From: Hydrurus foetidus
Taxonomy: Eukaryota
Length of the DNA: 44,128 nucleotides
NCBI GenBank assembly: GCA_900617105.1
Contig: UYFQ01000102.1
Span: forward strand, 1-44,128
Direction: 5' to 3'
Made by a program: the position numbers and the translations under genes. The notes below the pieces were generated by a model. The model searched no databases, had not been told where the DNA came from, and worked only from the letters and a program-made list of their open reading frames with translations. Numbering within the stretch: position 1 is the first letter of the stretch; every line of letters starts with the position of its first letter. This document shows positions 24,820 through 35,838 of the stretch, piece after piece.

Positions 24820-25027
24820 TGTGGTCGGGCAAATGGAGAAAGGGAGGCGAGAGGAGGTAGGCTTAGTTACAGGAGTCTAGGCTAGAAGCTAGTTAACTTC
24901 TAAGTGGACGCTGCAGATGGCTACGACGATACTACAGCCTAACTGTAGTGTACAGTAGTAGTACCCGGTAGGATCCGGTAGAGTCGGTACCCGGTAGGAT
25001 CGGGACCCTGGACCCGGTACTATCACA
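24820..25027 (-). repeat. 3' LTR of element B (~208 bp)
   Basis: Minus strand reads TGTGATAG...GACCACA, directly after the purine tract GAAAGAAAGATAAGCGGGAGTAA. Internal GTACCCGGTAGGATC repeats at 24961-25020. The left boundary is inferred from TGTG..CACA only. Confidence 0.7.
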
Positions 25028-25264
25028 TTACTCCCGCTTATCTTTCTTTCTTTCGAAAAAAATCTAAGCTAAATCTAAACTAAATCGAAACCCCCGTTTC
25101 TTTGTAAAACTTAATATGCAACTTAAAATGAAAAAGAAAAAATATTGACAAATTTACGAAATCAAAAATTTGAAAAAAATAATAATAAAGTGAATATAGA
25201 AAAATATTTACAAAAGAAAGTTGTAAAGAAGAGGGGTTCGATGTTGAAAGATAAGATGGGGTTG

Positions 25265-25528
25265 TGTGGTTTGACGGCGGGGCCTAGGACGGGAGGCGAA
25301 GTTGGAGAAGGCGGAGGACGGAAGGCGTGGGCAAACGAAGGCAAGGTTCGGTGGAATAAAACTTGTGTTAGTATCTTACAGTTGAGTATATACAAGTGAT
25401 GTGTACGCTAAGTGCATTCACGTCATATGTGGAACTAAGACCTAAAAGTGGAATCTGAGCGTAATATACCTATTGTACCTAGTTAACCTAGACACATTGT
25501 ATTCCCTTAGGAATGCAATAAGGCTACA
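25265..25528 (-). repeat. 3' LTR of element A
   Basis: Direct repeat of 30726-30989; adjacent to the PPT. Confidence 0.97.
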
Positions 25529-25716
25529 CTACCCCTTCTTCCTTTTTTGAAGATCTTTGATTTGATATACAGAAAAAAAGAGATATGTAAAACATATATA
25601 TGAGATATAGATGAAACGATTATGTCAGACTTTTACTGACTAAACTCTCCAAAAAAGACCCGTAGGTAAAAAAAATAGGAGAGAATCCTCATGGATAAAG
25701 TTTCAAATATATTAAG

Positions 25717-28700
25717 TCATCGATGTTGCTTATTGATTAATTTAGTCATGTTATTATGACGTAAATAATCATGAAGTTTATCAACATCACGAAGATTTGA
25801 ATAAGGTTCCCAAGTGTTTTTGTCTGAAGGGTAATTTAACCATTTGACTAAAAACTCTATGTGGGTACGTTGGTGTTTGCCACGATGATCAAGAATGTCT
25901 TCAACAAAGTATTCCATGTGATCACGTCGTGCAACATCCAACGGATTTGTGATTGAAGGGTCAAATAGAAAAGGTTTCATTGCAGAAACATGAAACTCTG
26001 AAGTTTTCTGAGTGACTAAATCATAAAGTGTGTAACGCGAATTTTCGCCACTAACGACTTTTAATGGGCCTCTCCAATGCGTGTGAAGACGTGAAGGAGG
26101 GATCCATCGCGATAGTGCACTAAGACATAAGAGTCTTTTGGATAATCTACATGCTGAAAAACTTGAGACTGACTTTGATGAAGCAAATCTGTGCGAAGAA
26201 GTTCTTTAGCAGAAGCTTTAAGAAGACTGTCTTGCGTTTTGAGTAGATTGCTCATACGCTTTGACAAAGGTTTGTCATCAGTAACATTTCGCTCAGCAGG
26301 AGGTAAAAAGATACCTCTATCGAGTTTTAGTACATTTCCGAAAAGAAGTTGAGAAGATGATATTTTTAAACGATCACTGTGATTAGAATTTAAAATTCGT
26401 TGCACAAATGGAAGTGACGTTTTATAATCTTCTAGTGTGACATTATCGAATGTTAATGCACGAAGATGTCTATTAACTTCTTTATTCATGCGCTCAACAA
26501 TAGCATTTTCTTCTTTAGAGTATGCTAAAGTAAGACAATGTTGAGTGCCAATAAGAGTTAGAAACTCTCTAATAACTTCGGAAACGAAGTGTGGCCCATT
26601 ATCAGAACGGAGTTGGAGAGGTGCGCCGAAACGACCGAAGTGTTGCAAGAGGCATTTAGCTGTTGAAAGTGCTGTAGCATCTTCTGTATGAAACAGTTCA
26701 ACCCATCTTGTGAACGTATCGATAATTACGAGTACGTACCCGCCGTCTGGAAACGGTCCTATGAAGTCTATGTTAAGGCATTCCATAGGTGTGTAAGTAG
26801 AAGTTGAGAAACCATGAGCATGTATTGGTATCTTTAACATACTCATTTTCTGACAACACGAACAGTGATCTATGAACCACCTGACGTGCTGACGCATATA
26901 TTGCCATACTATCTTTTTGTCAATGAGACGCTTTAAAGTGCGCTCAAGGCCAAAATGCCCAACTTGTGAATTGTGTACTTTACTGATTGTATTGTACTGA
27001 TCACGTGTTAGTTTGAATTTTTCAATAGTATTAGCAGACATGATTGCATCAGGAGTATATTCCTGAGGGAAATCAACCATGTTATTGCGACAGAGTCGAG
27101 ACATCGAATCAGCTATATCATTGTTAGCACCAGGTATATATTCAATTTTAAATGAATATTCGGATAAGGCCATAAACCACCGAACAATCATTGGATTTGA
27201 ATTATCCTTGATGTATAACAAGTTACGATGATCTGTACGCAATGTGAACGTACGATCACGTAATAGCGATTTTAAATACGTGCACGAATAAAAGATAGCA
27301 TATGCTTCTTTTTGTATAACAGCCCAACGAAGCTGAGCTTTGTTAAGTGATTTACTGACAAATGCTATGGGCGTTTCTTGACCGTCAACTAGCTGGAAAA
27401 GATAGGCACCTACACCATAGTCCGATGCATCAGTGTGCAAGTAAATCGGATCGGTGTCACTTAAAAGTGCATAGTCGTGCATTTTGAAATCTCGGATTTG
27501 ATCAAATTGAATGCTCTGAGAGCTTCTATTGTCCAAGTTATTTTCTTATACTTATTATAGTTAAGAAGCAACTGATGTAACGGGTATACAACAGTAGAAG
27601 CGTTTCTAACAAAGTCGTGAAAATAATTAACCAATCCTAAAAAACTTTTGAGTTGTTTAGATAGTACTGGTTTAGGAAAATCTAAGACAGTCCGTATTTT
27701 TTCTTGTGACATTCTAAGTCCATCTGCAGATAGAACTTTGCCAACATAATCTATTTCGGCATAGCCTAGATAACACTTATTCGGTTTAAGGAATATTTTG
27801 TGTTTTCTAAATCGATCAAACACAAGACGAAGTCTAGAAATAAGTTCGTCAATGTCTTTACCGAAAACATTGCAATCATCTATGTACATTTCGCATATAG
27901 AGTATATCAGCCCTGCTAACACAACAGTCGTCATGATCTGTTGGAAATAGGAGGGTGCTTGTTTAGGCCCAAAGGGTAAACGAGTGAATTGATATACTCC
28001 GCAGAAAAGTATGAATGCAGTATAAGCACGTGCAGCAAGTGTAAGTGGTGCTTGATGGTAACCTTGAGTGAGGTCAAGTACAGCAAACACTTTTGCTTTA
28101 TGTGCACCTATTCTACGCAACATCTCACCGATGTGTGGAATAGGATGTGATTTATCTTCGGTACAATTGTTGAGATTCCGAAAATCAATACACATGCGCT
28201 TAGTTCCATCAGATTTTGGAACTAGCAAAACTTGGCTATAATAAGCCGCGTTCGATTTTTCAACAATATTTTGTTTTTCAAGTTTTTTAATTTGACTGAG
28301 AATGTCAGCTTGATCAACTGTTGATTTAGCCCATGGAGGTTGTCTATTTTTAGGAACTCTCCATTGGTCGTCATTGACATGAAAGTCAAAGGGTGGAATA
28401 TCAGCAGGAGTGGCCGAAAGTTCACTGCTAAATATATCCTTGAATTCGTGTACTAGTAACCGAAGTTTATTTTTCTGATCTTCATCACCTGCTAAGTTTA
28501 TTAGCGAGAGTGGGTCAGTATCAGGAAATTCATCTATCCAAGGTGAAAACGAGTCCTTGATCGAGTCGTCGATTTCGTCCTCATCAGGGGCACAGCCTCA
28601 AAAAGTCTTTCAGACTCTTGTATTAGTGAAGCTAGAATAACGTGTGTTTGGGTTACTGCCGGTTTCACCTTTTGGGTTAAAGGATCGACCTTTGGGGAGC

Positions 28701-30624
28701 CATCAGAGGGTTGCAACTTCTCCTTAGGCTGACAGCCACACGTTATATCCACTTGTTCAGAAGATAAAACTTCCGCTAATGAGGTAGTGCTTGATGAAGC
28801 ATTGGCAGATATTTGATCGGGGAAACGTGAAAATAAATTCAATTCGCGAATTGTTTTTCGTCCCACTATTAGATCAAATTTTGAATCGTTTAAAACATAA
28901 GCCGTGATTTGAAAAGTATAATAATTATTTAAATCAGGGCAAAAATAAGAAAGAGTTAAGTCTATAGTGTCAGAAATATCATAACAATGATTATCTAATC
29001 CACTACAAACTTTACACAATTTCTTTGAAGAGTTAGAAACGAATTGTGTGAAATTATGATTAGTTATAATGCGGCGATGTATAAAGTTGCCAGCAAAAGA
29101 GCCGGTGTCCAGGAGAGTAAAGACTCTATTACTTTTTTCCAGCATAACCTCCTGTGAGAGGGGAGATACGAAGAAAGGAATAAGTTCTGGATCATCGGAA
29201 AGAATAGATGATGAATTTAGGTTGCATAGTTGCTCACCTTTGTGTTTCTTCGCAGCGTTTGTCGAGTCTGCTGTTGAAGTAGCAGGTTTTGACGAAGAGG
29301 AAGAAGAAGAGGAAGACGATGAAGAAGAGGTCGATGTCTTAGGTAAAGTTGGAATAAACTTAGCCTTTGAATCGACTTTCAACAACTGCTTGTGACCCTC
29401 AGAGTTGATATAGGGTGAGTCTGTACTGTTATAGTACGGAGACGTAGTGTAGAAACACGTGGCGACGAAATGGCCAAGTCTCCCACAACCTGTGCACAGA
29501 GGTCTTTCGAATTTGTCAGACTTGTCTGATTGCACTGATTGTTCGCTCTCTCGTGGACGTTTTTTGATTTTGTCCTGAGAGGAACGAGGAGGGGCTTTGA
29601 TTTGGCGAGAGTGATCACCATACAAAGGAGAGACATCAATGAACCGTAAGGCATCAATTGATTCTCGTAGCTTAGCAAGCTGCGCAAGCCATACGAATCG
29701 AAAGTCTTCGATTGTAATGAGTCTTGGCGTTGTATTGTTAAGACTACGCTGTAACACTGCTCTCCAATTGATAGGTTCGACAGGCAACTTATCGATTAGA
29801 ATTTTGGTTGCCTGAAGTTGGAGAGCGGGTGTTGCATCAGGGAATCCATCGACAATATCAGCTAAAAGCTGATCTGTCTTGTCTTCCACTGATTTATCCT
29901 TCAGGTCGAATTGAAGTGCGACCTGAGAGACAGTTTCAATGAAACTCAGCTTGTCAGTTCGATTGACAGCTGATGTAGGAACTGTGAGATTGAGTTCTCT
30001 ACAGAACAATTGATTCGACCAATGTTTCCAATTGTTACAGGAGTCGCGACGATCGGGATCAGTTGCAAACTTACGCTTGAGAAGCGTTGTAAACGATTGA
30101 TGGTTGGAAACATGGACTACGTCAACTGGTTTAAATGGAGTTCCATTTGAAAGGAGGACCTCCATTACCCGTAGTACTTCCTGACGAGAGGGCACGGCGC
30201 TCAACTTAGGAGCTCTCTCACCCGTCTGCACATATTGCTGGGGTGGTGCCATCGTCCTTGGAATAGGATTCTCAGCAATAGCTGGTGTCGCATTTGAATC
30301 TGGTATCGCAGCCGAAGCTGGTATCGCAGCCGAAGCTGGTGTCACAGCCGAAGCTGGTTGCAATGACAAAGCAGATAACGCCGAAATGACAGGAATATCA
30401 ATGACAGACATGACCGCAGGCTCCGAATTCCGCTGAGGAATCGGTGCAGACAGGTCGCCGGCGGGGTCCTGAGCCGCAGGTGGCCCAGGAGACTCTGCGT
30501 CTCCACTACGATTGTGATGGTCGTCATAGCGTTGTCGGAACGCGACGGCTACAGCACGAGGTTGCTGCTTTCGCCGAAGGGCGTTGATGGAGGATGTCTT
30601 TTTGTCTTGGCGGCGTAGAGCCAT
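25717..30624 (-). CDS. gag-pol: Gag-Pol polyprotein of element A, broken by three single-base frameshifts
   Basis: Zn knuckle CTGCGRLGHFVATC; protease LLDTGS; RT YIDD; RNase H TDASD/QKEAYA/TDH/ADSMSR; integrase HHCC, NIDF, RSDNG, ERMN; WRGP; chromodomain YFVEDILDHR..FLVKWLNY..TWEP. -1 shifts near 28590, 27465 and 26100. Confidence 0.93.
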
Positions 30625-30725
30625 AACTTTGACGTGATGGTTTAAGTTGGAGGAGTCGAAGACAAAAGTCGGAAAAGAGAAAAACTTTCTCGGAGGAAAC
30701 TTCGGTGAAGACCGAATATCGATAT

Positions 30726-30989
30726 TGTGGTTTGACGGCGGGGCCTAGGACGGGAGGCGAAGTTGGAGAAGGCGGAGGACGGAAGGCGTGGGCAAACGAA
30801 GGCAAGGTTCGGTGGAATAAAACTTGTGTTAGTATCTTACAGTTGAGTATATACAAGTGATGTGTACGCTAAGTGCATTCACGTCATATGTGGAACTAAG
30901 ACCTAAAAGTGGAATCTGAGCGTAATATACCTATTGTACCTAGTTAACCTAGACACATTGTATTCCCTTAGGAATACAATAAGGCTACA
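30726..30989 (-). repeat. 5' LTR of element A
   Basis: Direct repeat of 25265-25528. It is followed on the minus strand by ATATCGATATT rather than TGG. Confidence 0.97.
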
Positions 30990-31134
30990 GTTGTACACAA
31001 CCAGTATAGTACTGTTGTACGAGGGTCGAAAACGTAATTATGTCAGATTTTTACTGACTAAAATACCATAAAAATCCCTTAGAAAAGGGCAAAAAATTAG
31101 GCTAAAAAATCTTCAAAAGATAATATGTTCGAAC

Positions 31135-34064
31135 TCAAACCTCATCGGTTGATCCCTGAAGATTCTTGGGAACAAAACGCGACATGTTATTATTCCGCAA
31201 GTATACACGGAGTGCATCACAGAGCCGGAGATTTTTCCAAGGCTCCCATGTAATATGTGAGTTATCATAGTTGAGCCATTTTACATGGAACGACATGGAT
31301 GTCGGTTTCTTTTTATCACCCGAGTGATTAAGAACTTTCTCAACGAAATACTCCATGTAATCGCGACGTGCTGTATCAGCAGGTAAGCCCAGCGATGGGT
31401 CATAATTGAAAATCTTAAGATTCTTCACATGTACACTATTGTGCTTGTGTGTAATTAAGTTCGCGAGAACATACTCGGATCCCTCAAGGGAGACAACACG
31501 GAAAGGACCTTTCCACTTTGTGTGTAAACGAGTAGGAGGGTGTTCCTGTTTTACAAGAACATATGACCCTATGGGGAACACTGTCACACCTTGTGTGGAC
31601 TTTTTGTGTTTGTCATCACATTTCTGAAGAGAACCGATTGCTGCATCGAGGACCTTGTCCTGTATATCGATGAGATCTGTGATGTATGTTGAATTCGAAG
31701 ATGTCAACGTGGGTAATAGATGAGGTGTCAAAATACCCCGATTCAAATCAAGTTTATTGCCGAATAAAATCGAAGCAGGACTTGCATTTGTTCGTCGATT
31801 AACTGAACTGTTAATGATACGTTGAACGAATGGTATGCATTTAGCATAGTGTTCAAGAGATGGTGTATCAAACACGAGACCGCGTAAGTGTCTATTCACT
31901 TCTTTGTTGATGGCATTCTCTTCACTACAATGGCATTCTCTTGGGAGGAATATGCCAAAGTGAGATTATGGGGTGTCCCCGTAAGGTCTAAGAACTCTTT
32001 AATGAGATCATTAGCGAAGTGGGATCCTCGATCGGATCTAATCATACTTGGCGATCCGAATCGACCAAAATGAGTCAGTACGCATTCACATGCAGACTGA
32101 GCCGTAGCATCCTTACACCAGAACATTTTTGTCTATCTGGAGAAGGCGTCGATTATGACAAGGCTATACCCTTTATCAGGGAATGGGCCAATATAATCGA
32201 TATTTAATGTATCGAAAATAGCATGTGTTGAAGTTGAAAAATGAGCAGCACTGATATTTGTATCAACTGCGCTCAATTTCTGACAGCATGGGCAGTTTCG
32301 TATGAACGAGCGTACGTGCTGTTTCATATTTTTCCACACGTGGTTAAGACTAAAGAGTCGAGTGAGAGTACGATCGACACCGTTGTGACCAACTATTGCA
32401 TTGTGGCACATTTGAATGTAAACATTCTGTTCATCTGTCGGCGGTTCAATAACCGTTAAAGCCGAAACTGCAGAAGATGGCGATGAAGAAGATGATGGTG
32501 GAGTATCACCCTCGGATCTGTTTGTCTTAGGCAGAGCAATTTCGGTAAGGTTTGGACATAACCGTGACAGAGCATCGGCAAGTTCATTATCTGTCCCTTT
32601 GACAAAGTGTACGGTAAAATCAAGTTCTTGCATGGCAATGAACCACCGTGTTACCATTGAGGTAGGATTTTGTTTCATATTAGTCAAATTCATATGATCC
32701 GTATGAATAGTAAACTTACGGTCTCGAATGAGATAATCGAGTTGTTGGCAACAGAAAAAGATAGCATAAGCTTCTTTCTGTATTGTCGACCAATTAATTT
32801 GTGTTGCCGAGAGAGATTTGCTGATGAAGGCAATTGGTCTCCACACGGTGTCGACAATTTGGAAGAGTACACCACCGATGCCATAATCGGATGCATCAGT
32901 ATATAATTTGATGGGTGAATCATCATTGATGAAGTACATTAAAGGACACCGCGATACCGCGATTTTAGTCTCATTAAATGCTAAAGTCCCCTCGGGGGTC
33001 CAATATATGGGGGAACGTTTAAGTGCCTTTGGGTCCACCATCATTTGAAGTGGTTTGACAATGTCCGAATGAAACGGTACAAATTGACGAAAGTAGTTGG
33101 CTAAGCCAAGAAATCCACGAAGGGATGTTACTTCTTTAGGAAGAGGGAAGTTGAGTACTGTCTCAATCTTTTCTTCAGACATGGATAACCCATCTTTGTC
33201 TCTGACTCGTCCCACGTATTCGATACGTTTGAGACCGAATCTGCATTTCTTTGCTTTGAGTTTAAGATTTTTAAGGCGAAATCTTTCAAAAACGCTGCGC
33301 AGATTCTTGAGAAACTCTGCTTCGCCCCGGCCATATACGATACAGTCATCGAGATACATCTCGCAACAGCGGTATATAAGACCGTAAAGGACCGTTGTGG
33401 CCATCTGCTCTTGAAAGTAAGAGGGGGCTCGACAAGGGCCAAAAAGCAATCTCGTGAACTGAAACACCCCCATGAAACATATAAATGCGGTATAGATTCG
33501 GTGGGGTGTGTACAGAGGTGCTTGGTGGTAACCTGCGGTTAAATATCCGGTTTTTTATTACCGATCCTCTCAAAGAGGTGTTTGATATTGGGTAGGGGAA
33601 AGGAGGCCGGCTCAATGCATTCATTGAGTGCACGATAGTCGATGCAGGTTCGATACGTATCGGCTGTCTTATTTACCATTACAGGATGACTGTAGTACGC
33701 AGCGTTCGACCTCTCGATCACACCATCCTCCAGCATCTCTTCAATTGAAGTGCGGAGGTAATGTTCCTTTTTAGAGGATTGTGGGCGCACTGGTGTGCGG
33801 TTCGATGGAACCTCCCATTTTTGCCTAGGCAAATTGATCTCAAACGGCTTGAGATGTGCAGCTTGCGGGGCTAGCTTATCACTGAAAATATCAGCGAATT
33901 CTGAACAGAGAGTACGCAAATCCTTCTGAAGGCTTTCATCTCCCTCAAAATGGATTTGTGACAAAAAATTATCCGGCCCATTGGGCGGTACATTTCGGCA
34001 CGTCTTGTCACGCAAGAAAGGTGCGAAGGTGTCAGTCTTGTCATTGTCAATCTCGTCAACGGAG
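31135..34064 (-). pseudogene. pol: Degenerate pol of element B (RT, RNase H, integrase, chromodomain)
   Basis: RTCIDYRALN, YLDD, TDASD, HNAIVGH..CPCC, NIDY, RSDRG, WKGPF, YFVEKVLNH..FHVKWLNY..TWEP. Multi-base lesions near 33540 and 31910-31942, plus a further frameshift near 32130. Confidence 0.92.
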
Positions 34065-35311
34065 AGATAGGCACCTACACCATAGTCCGATGCATCAGTG
34101 TGCAAGTAAATCGGATCGGTGTCACTTAAAAAGTGCATAGTCGTGCATTTTGAAATCTCAGATTTGATCAAATTGAATGCTCTGAGAGCTTCTATTGTCC
34201 AAGTTATTTTCTTATACTTATTATAGTTAAGAAGCAACTGATGTAACGGGTATACAACAGTAGAAGCGTTTCTAACAAAGTCGAGAAAATAATTAACCAA
34301 TCCTAAAAAACTCTTGAGTTGTTTAGATAGTACTGGTTTAGGAAAATCTAAGACAGTCCGTATTTTTTCTTGTGACATTCTAAGTCCATCTGCAGATAGA
34401 ACTTTGCCAACATAGTCTATTTCGGCATAGCCTAGATAACACTTATTCGGTTTAAGGAATATTTTGTGTTTTCTAAATCGATCAAACACAAGACGAAGTC
34501 TAGTAATAAGTTCGTCAATGTCTTTACCGAAAACATTGCAATCATCGATATACATTTCGCATATAGAGTATCTCAGACCTGCTAACACAACAGTCGTCAT
34601 AATCTGTTGGAGATTGGAGGGTGCTTGTTTAGGCCCAAAGGGTAAACGAGTGAATTGATATACTCCGCAGAAAAGTATGAATGCAGTATAAGCACGTGCA
34701 GCGAGTGTAAGTGGTGCTTGATGGTACCCTTGAATGAGGTCAAGTACAGCAAACACTTTTGCTTTATGTGCACCTATTCTACGCAACATCTCACCGATGT
34801 GTGGAATAGGATGTGATTTATCTTCGGTACAATTGTTGAGATTCCGAAAATCAATACACATGCGCTTAGTTCCATCAGATTTTGGAACTAGTAAAACTTG
34901 GCTATAATAAGCCGCGTTTGATTTTTCAACAATATTTTGTTTCTCAAGTTTTTTAATTTGACTGAGAATGTCAGCTTGATCAACTGTTGATTTAGCCCAT
35001 GGAGGTTGTCTATTTTTAGGAACTCTCCATTGGTCGTCATTGACATGAAAGTCAAACGGTGGAATATTAGCAGGAGTGGCCGAAAGTTCACTGCTAAATA
35101 TATCCTTGAATTCGTGTACTCGTAACCGAAGTTTATTTTTCTGATCTTCATCACCTGCTAAGTTTATTAGCGAGAGTGGGTCAGTATCAGGAAATTCATC
35201 TATCCATGGTGAAAACGAGTCCTTGATCGAGTCGTCGATTTCGTCCTCATCAGGGGGCACAGCCTCAAAAAGTCTTTCAAACTCTTGTATTAGTGAAGCT
35301 AGAATAACATG
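34065..35311 (-). mobile_element. Internal fragment (RT to start of RNase H) of a second copy of family A (A')
   Basis: Near-identical to ~27400-28645. Joined to B pol on the left and cut by the Copia LTR on the right. Confidence 0.95.
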
Positions 35312-35828
35312 TGTCAGCTTATATCAGCGATAAGTGCTATTTATAGCTGTATATAGCCGTTATAATCATCAATATGTAGCTAGGAATATCTCATACGTAA
35401 GTACATATATGCAGTTCGTAACTACATACAATGATCACTTTAAGTCGCTTCCTCAATGCTTATCGTATCATGTATAGTGTCATTGTTGTGGGTTCATGAC
35501 CGCATATTTAGTATAGATTCCAGATTTTATGGTATGAGGGTACGAGAACTTTTCCATGTGTGATGTATGGTTTGAAGTATATCTCGTCGCTCGTCAACGT
35601 AGGCTTAAATCTACGAGTTCAAATTCAAATCTGAAATGGATGACGAATGAGATCTTATTGACTTGCGGCAGGTAGAATGATGTTCATCATGCAACGTCTT
35701 TTCAATTCGCATGTGTTTAGTTTCTAATTCTTAACGAATATTCGATACTCAACTCCCAAACTTCTTCGCCTGGTCGCTTGTGCTCTTGGCCTCCTGCGAC
35801 CTCATTGATCGTCCCTGATCAACTGACA
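35312..35828 (+). repeat. 5' LTR of the Copia element (517 bp)
   Basis: 6-bp terminal inverted repeat TGTCAG/CTGACA. It starts where A' homology ends and abuts the PBS. Confidence 0.88.
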
Positions 35829-35838
35829 TGGTAGCGAT
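35829..35838 (+). promoter_or_regulatory. tRNA primer-binding site, probably initiator Met
   Basis: TGGTAGC is complementary to the GCUACCA 3' end typical of many eukaryotic initiator tRNAs (Ty1 uses TGGTAGCGCC). Confidence 0.75.

Larger units (their letters stand above)
25265..30989 (-). mobile_element. Full-length young Gypsy chromovirus-type element A (5725 bp)
   Basis: Two 264-bp TG..CA LTRs with one mismatch by eye; TSD GTTG (25261-25264 and 30990-30993); PPT AAAAAGGAAGAAGGGGTAG next to the 3' LTR; order gag-PR-RT-RH-IN-chromodomain. Confidence 0.97.
24820..34064 (-). mobile_element. Gypsy chromovirus-type element B, 5'-truncated and degenerate, interrupted by element A
   Basis: 3' LTR 24820-25027, PPT, 3' UTR split by A (25028-25264 and 30990-31134), and pol remnants 31135-34064. 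Confidence 0.85.

Noticed and set aside
25145..25399. ORFs overlapping LTR A (also 30524-30856) and 43823-44083
   Set aside because: They cross LTR or UTR boundaries, have no protein motifs, and are best explained as chance frames.
28534..28600. Programmed gag/pol ribosomal frameshift in A
   Set aside because: The shift lies after the protease, and copy A' has one more G here, which restores a continuous frame.
30726..30989. Tf1-type self-priming for element A
   Set aside because: I found no sequence in the LTR complementary to the bases following it.
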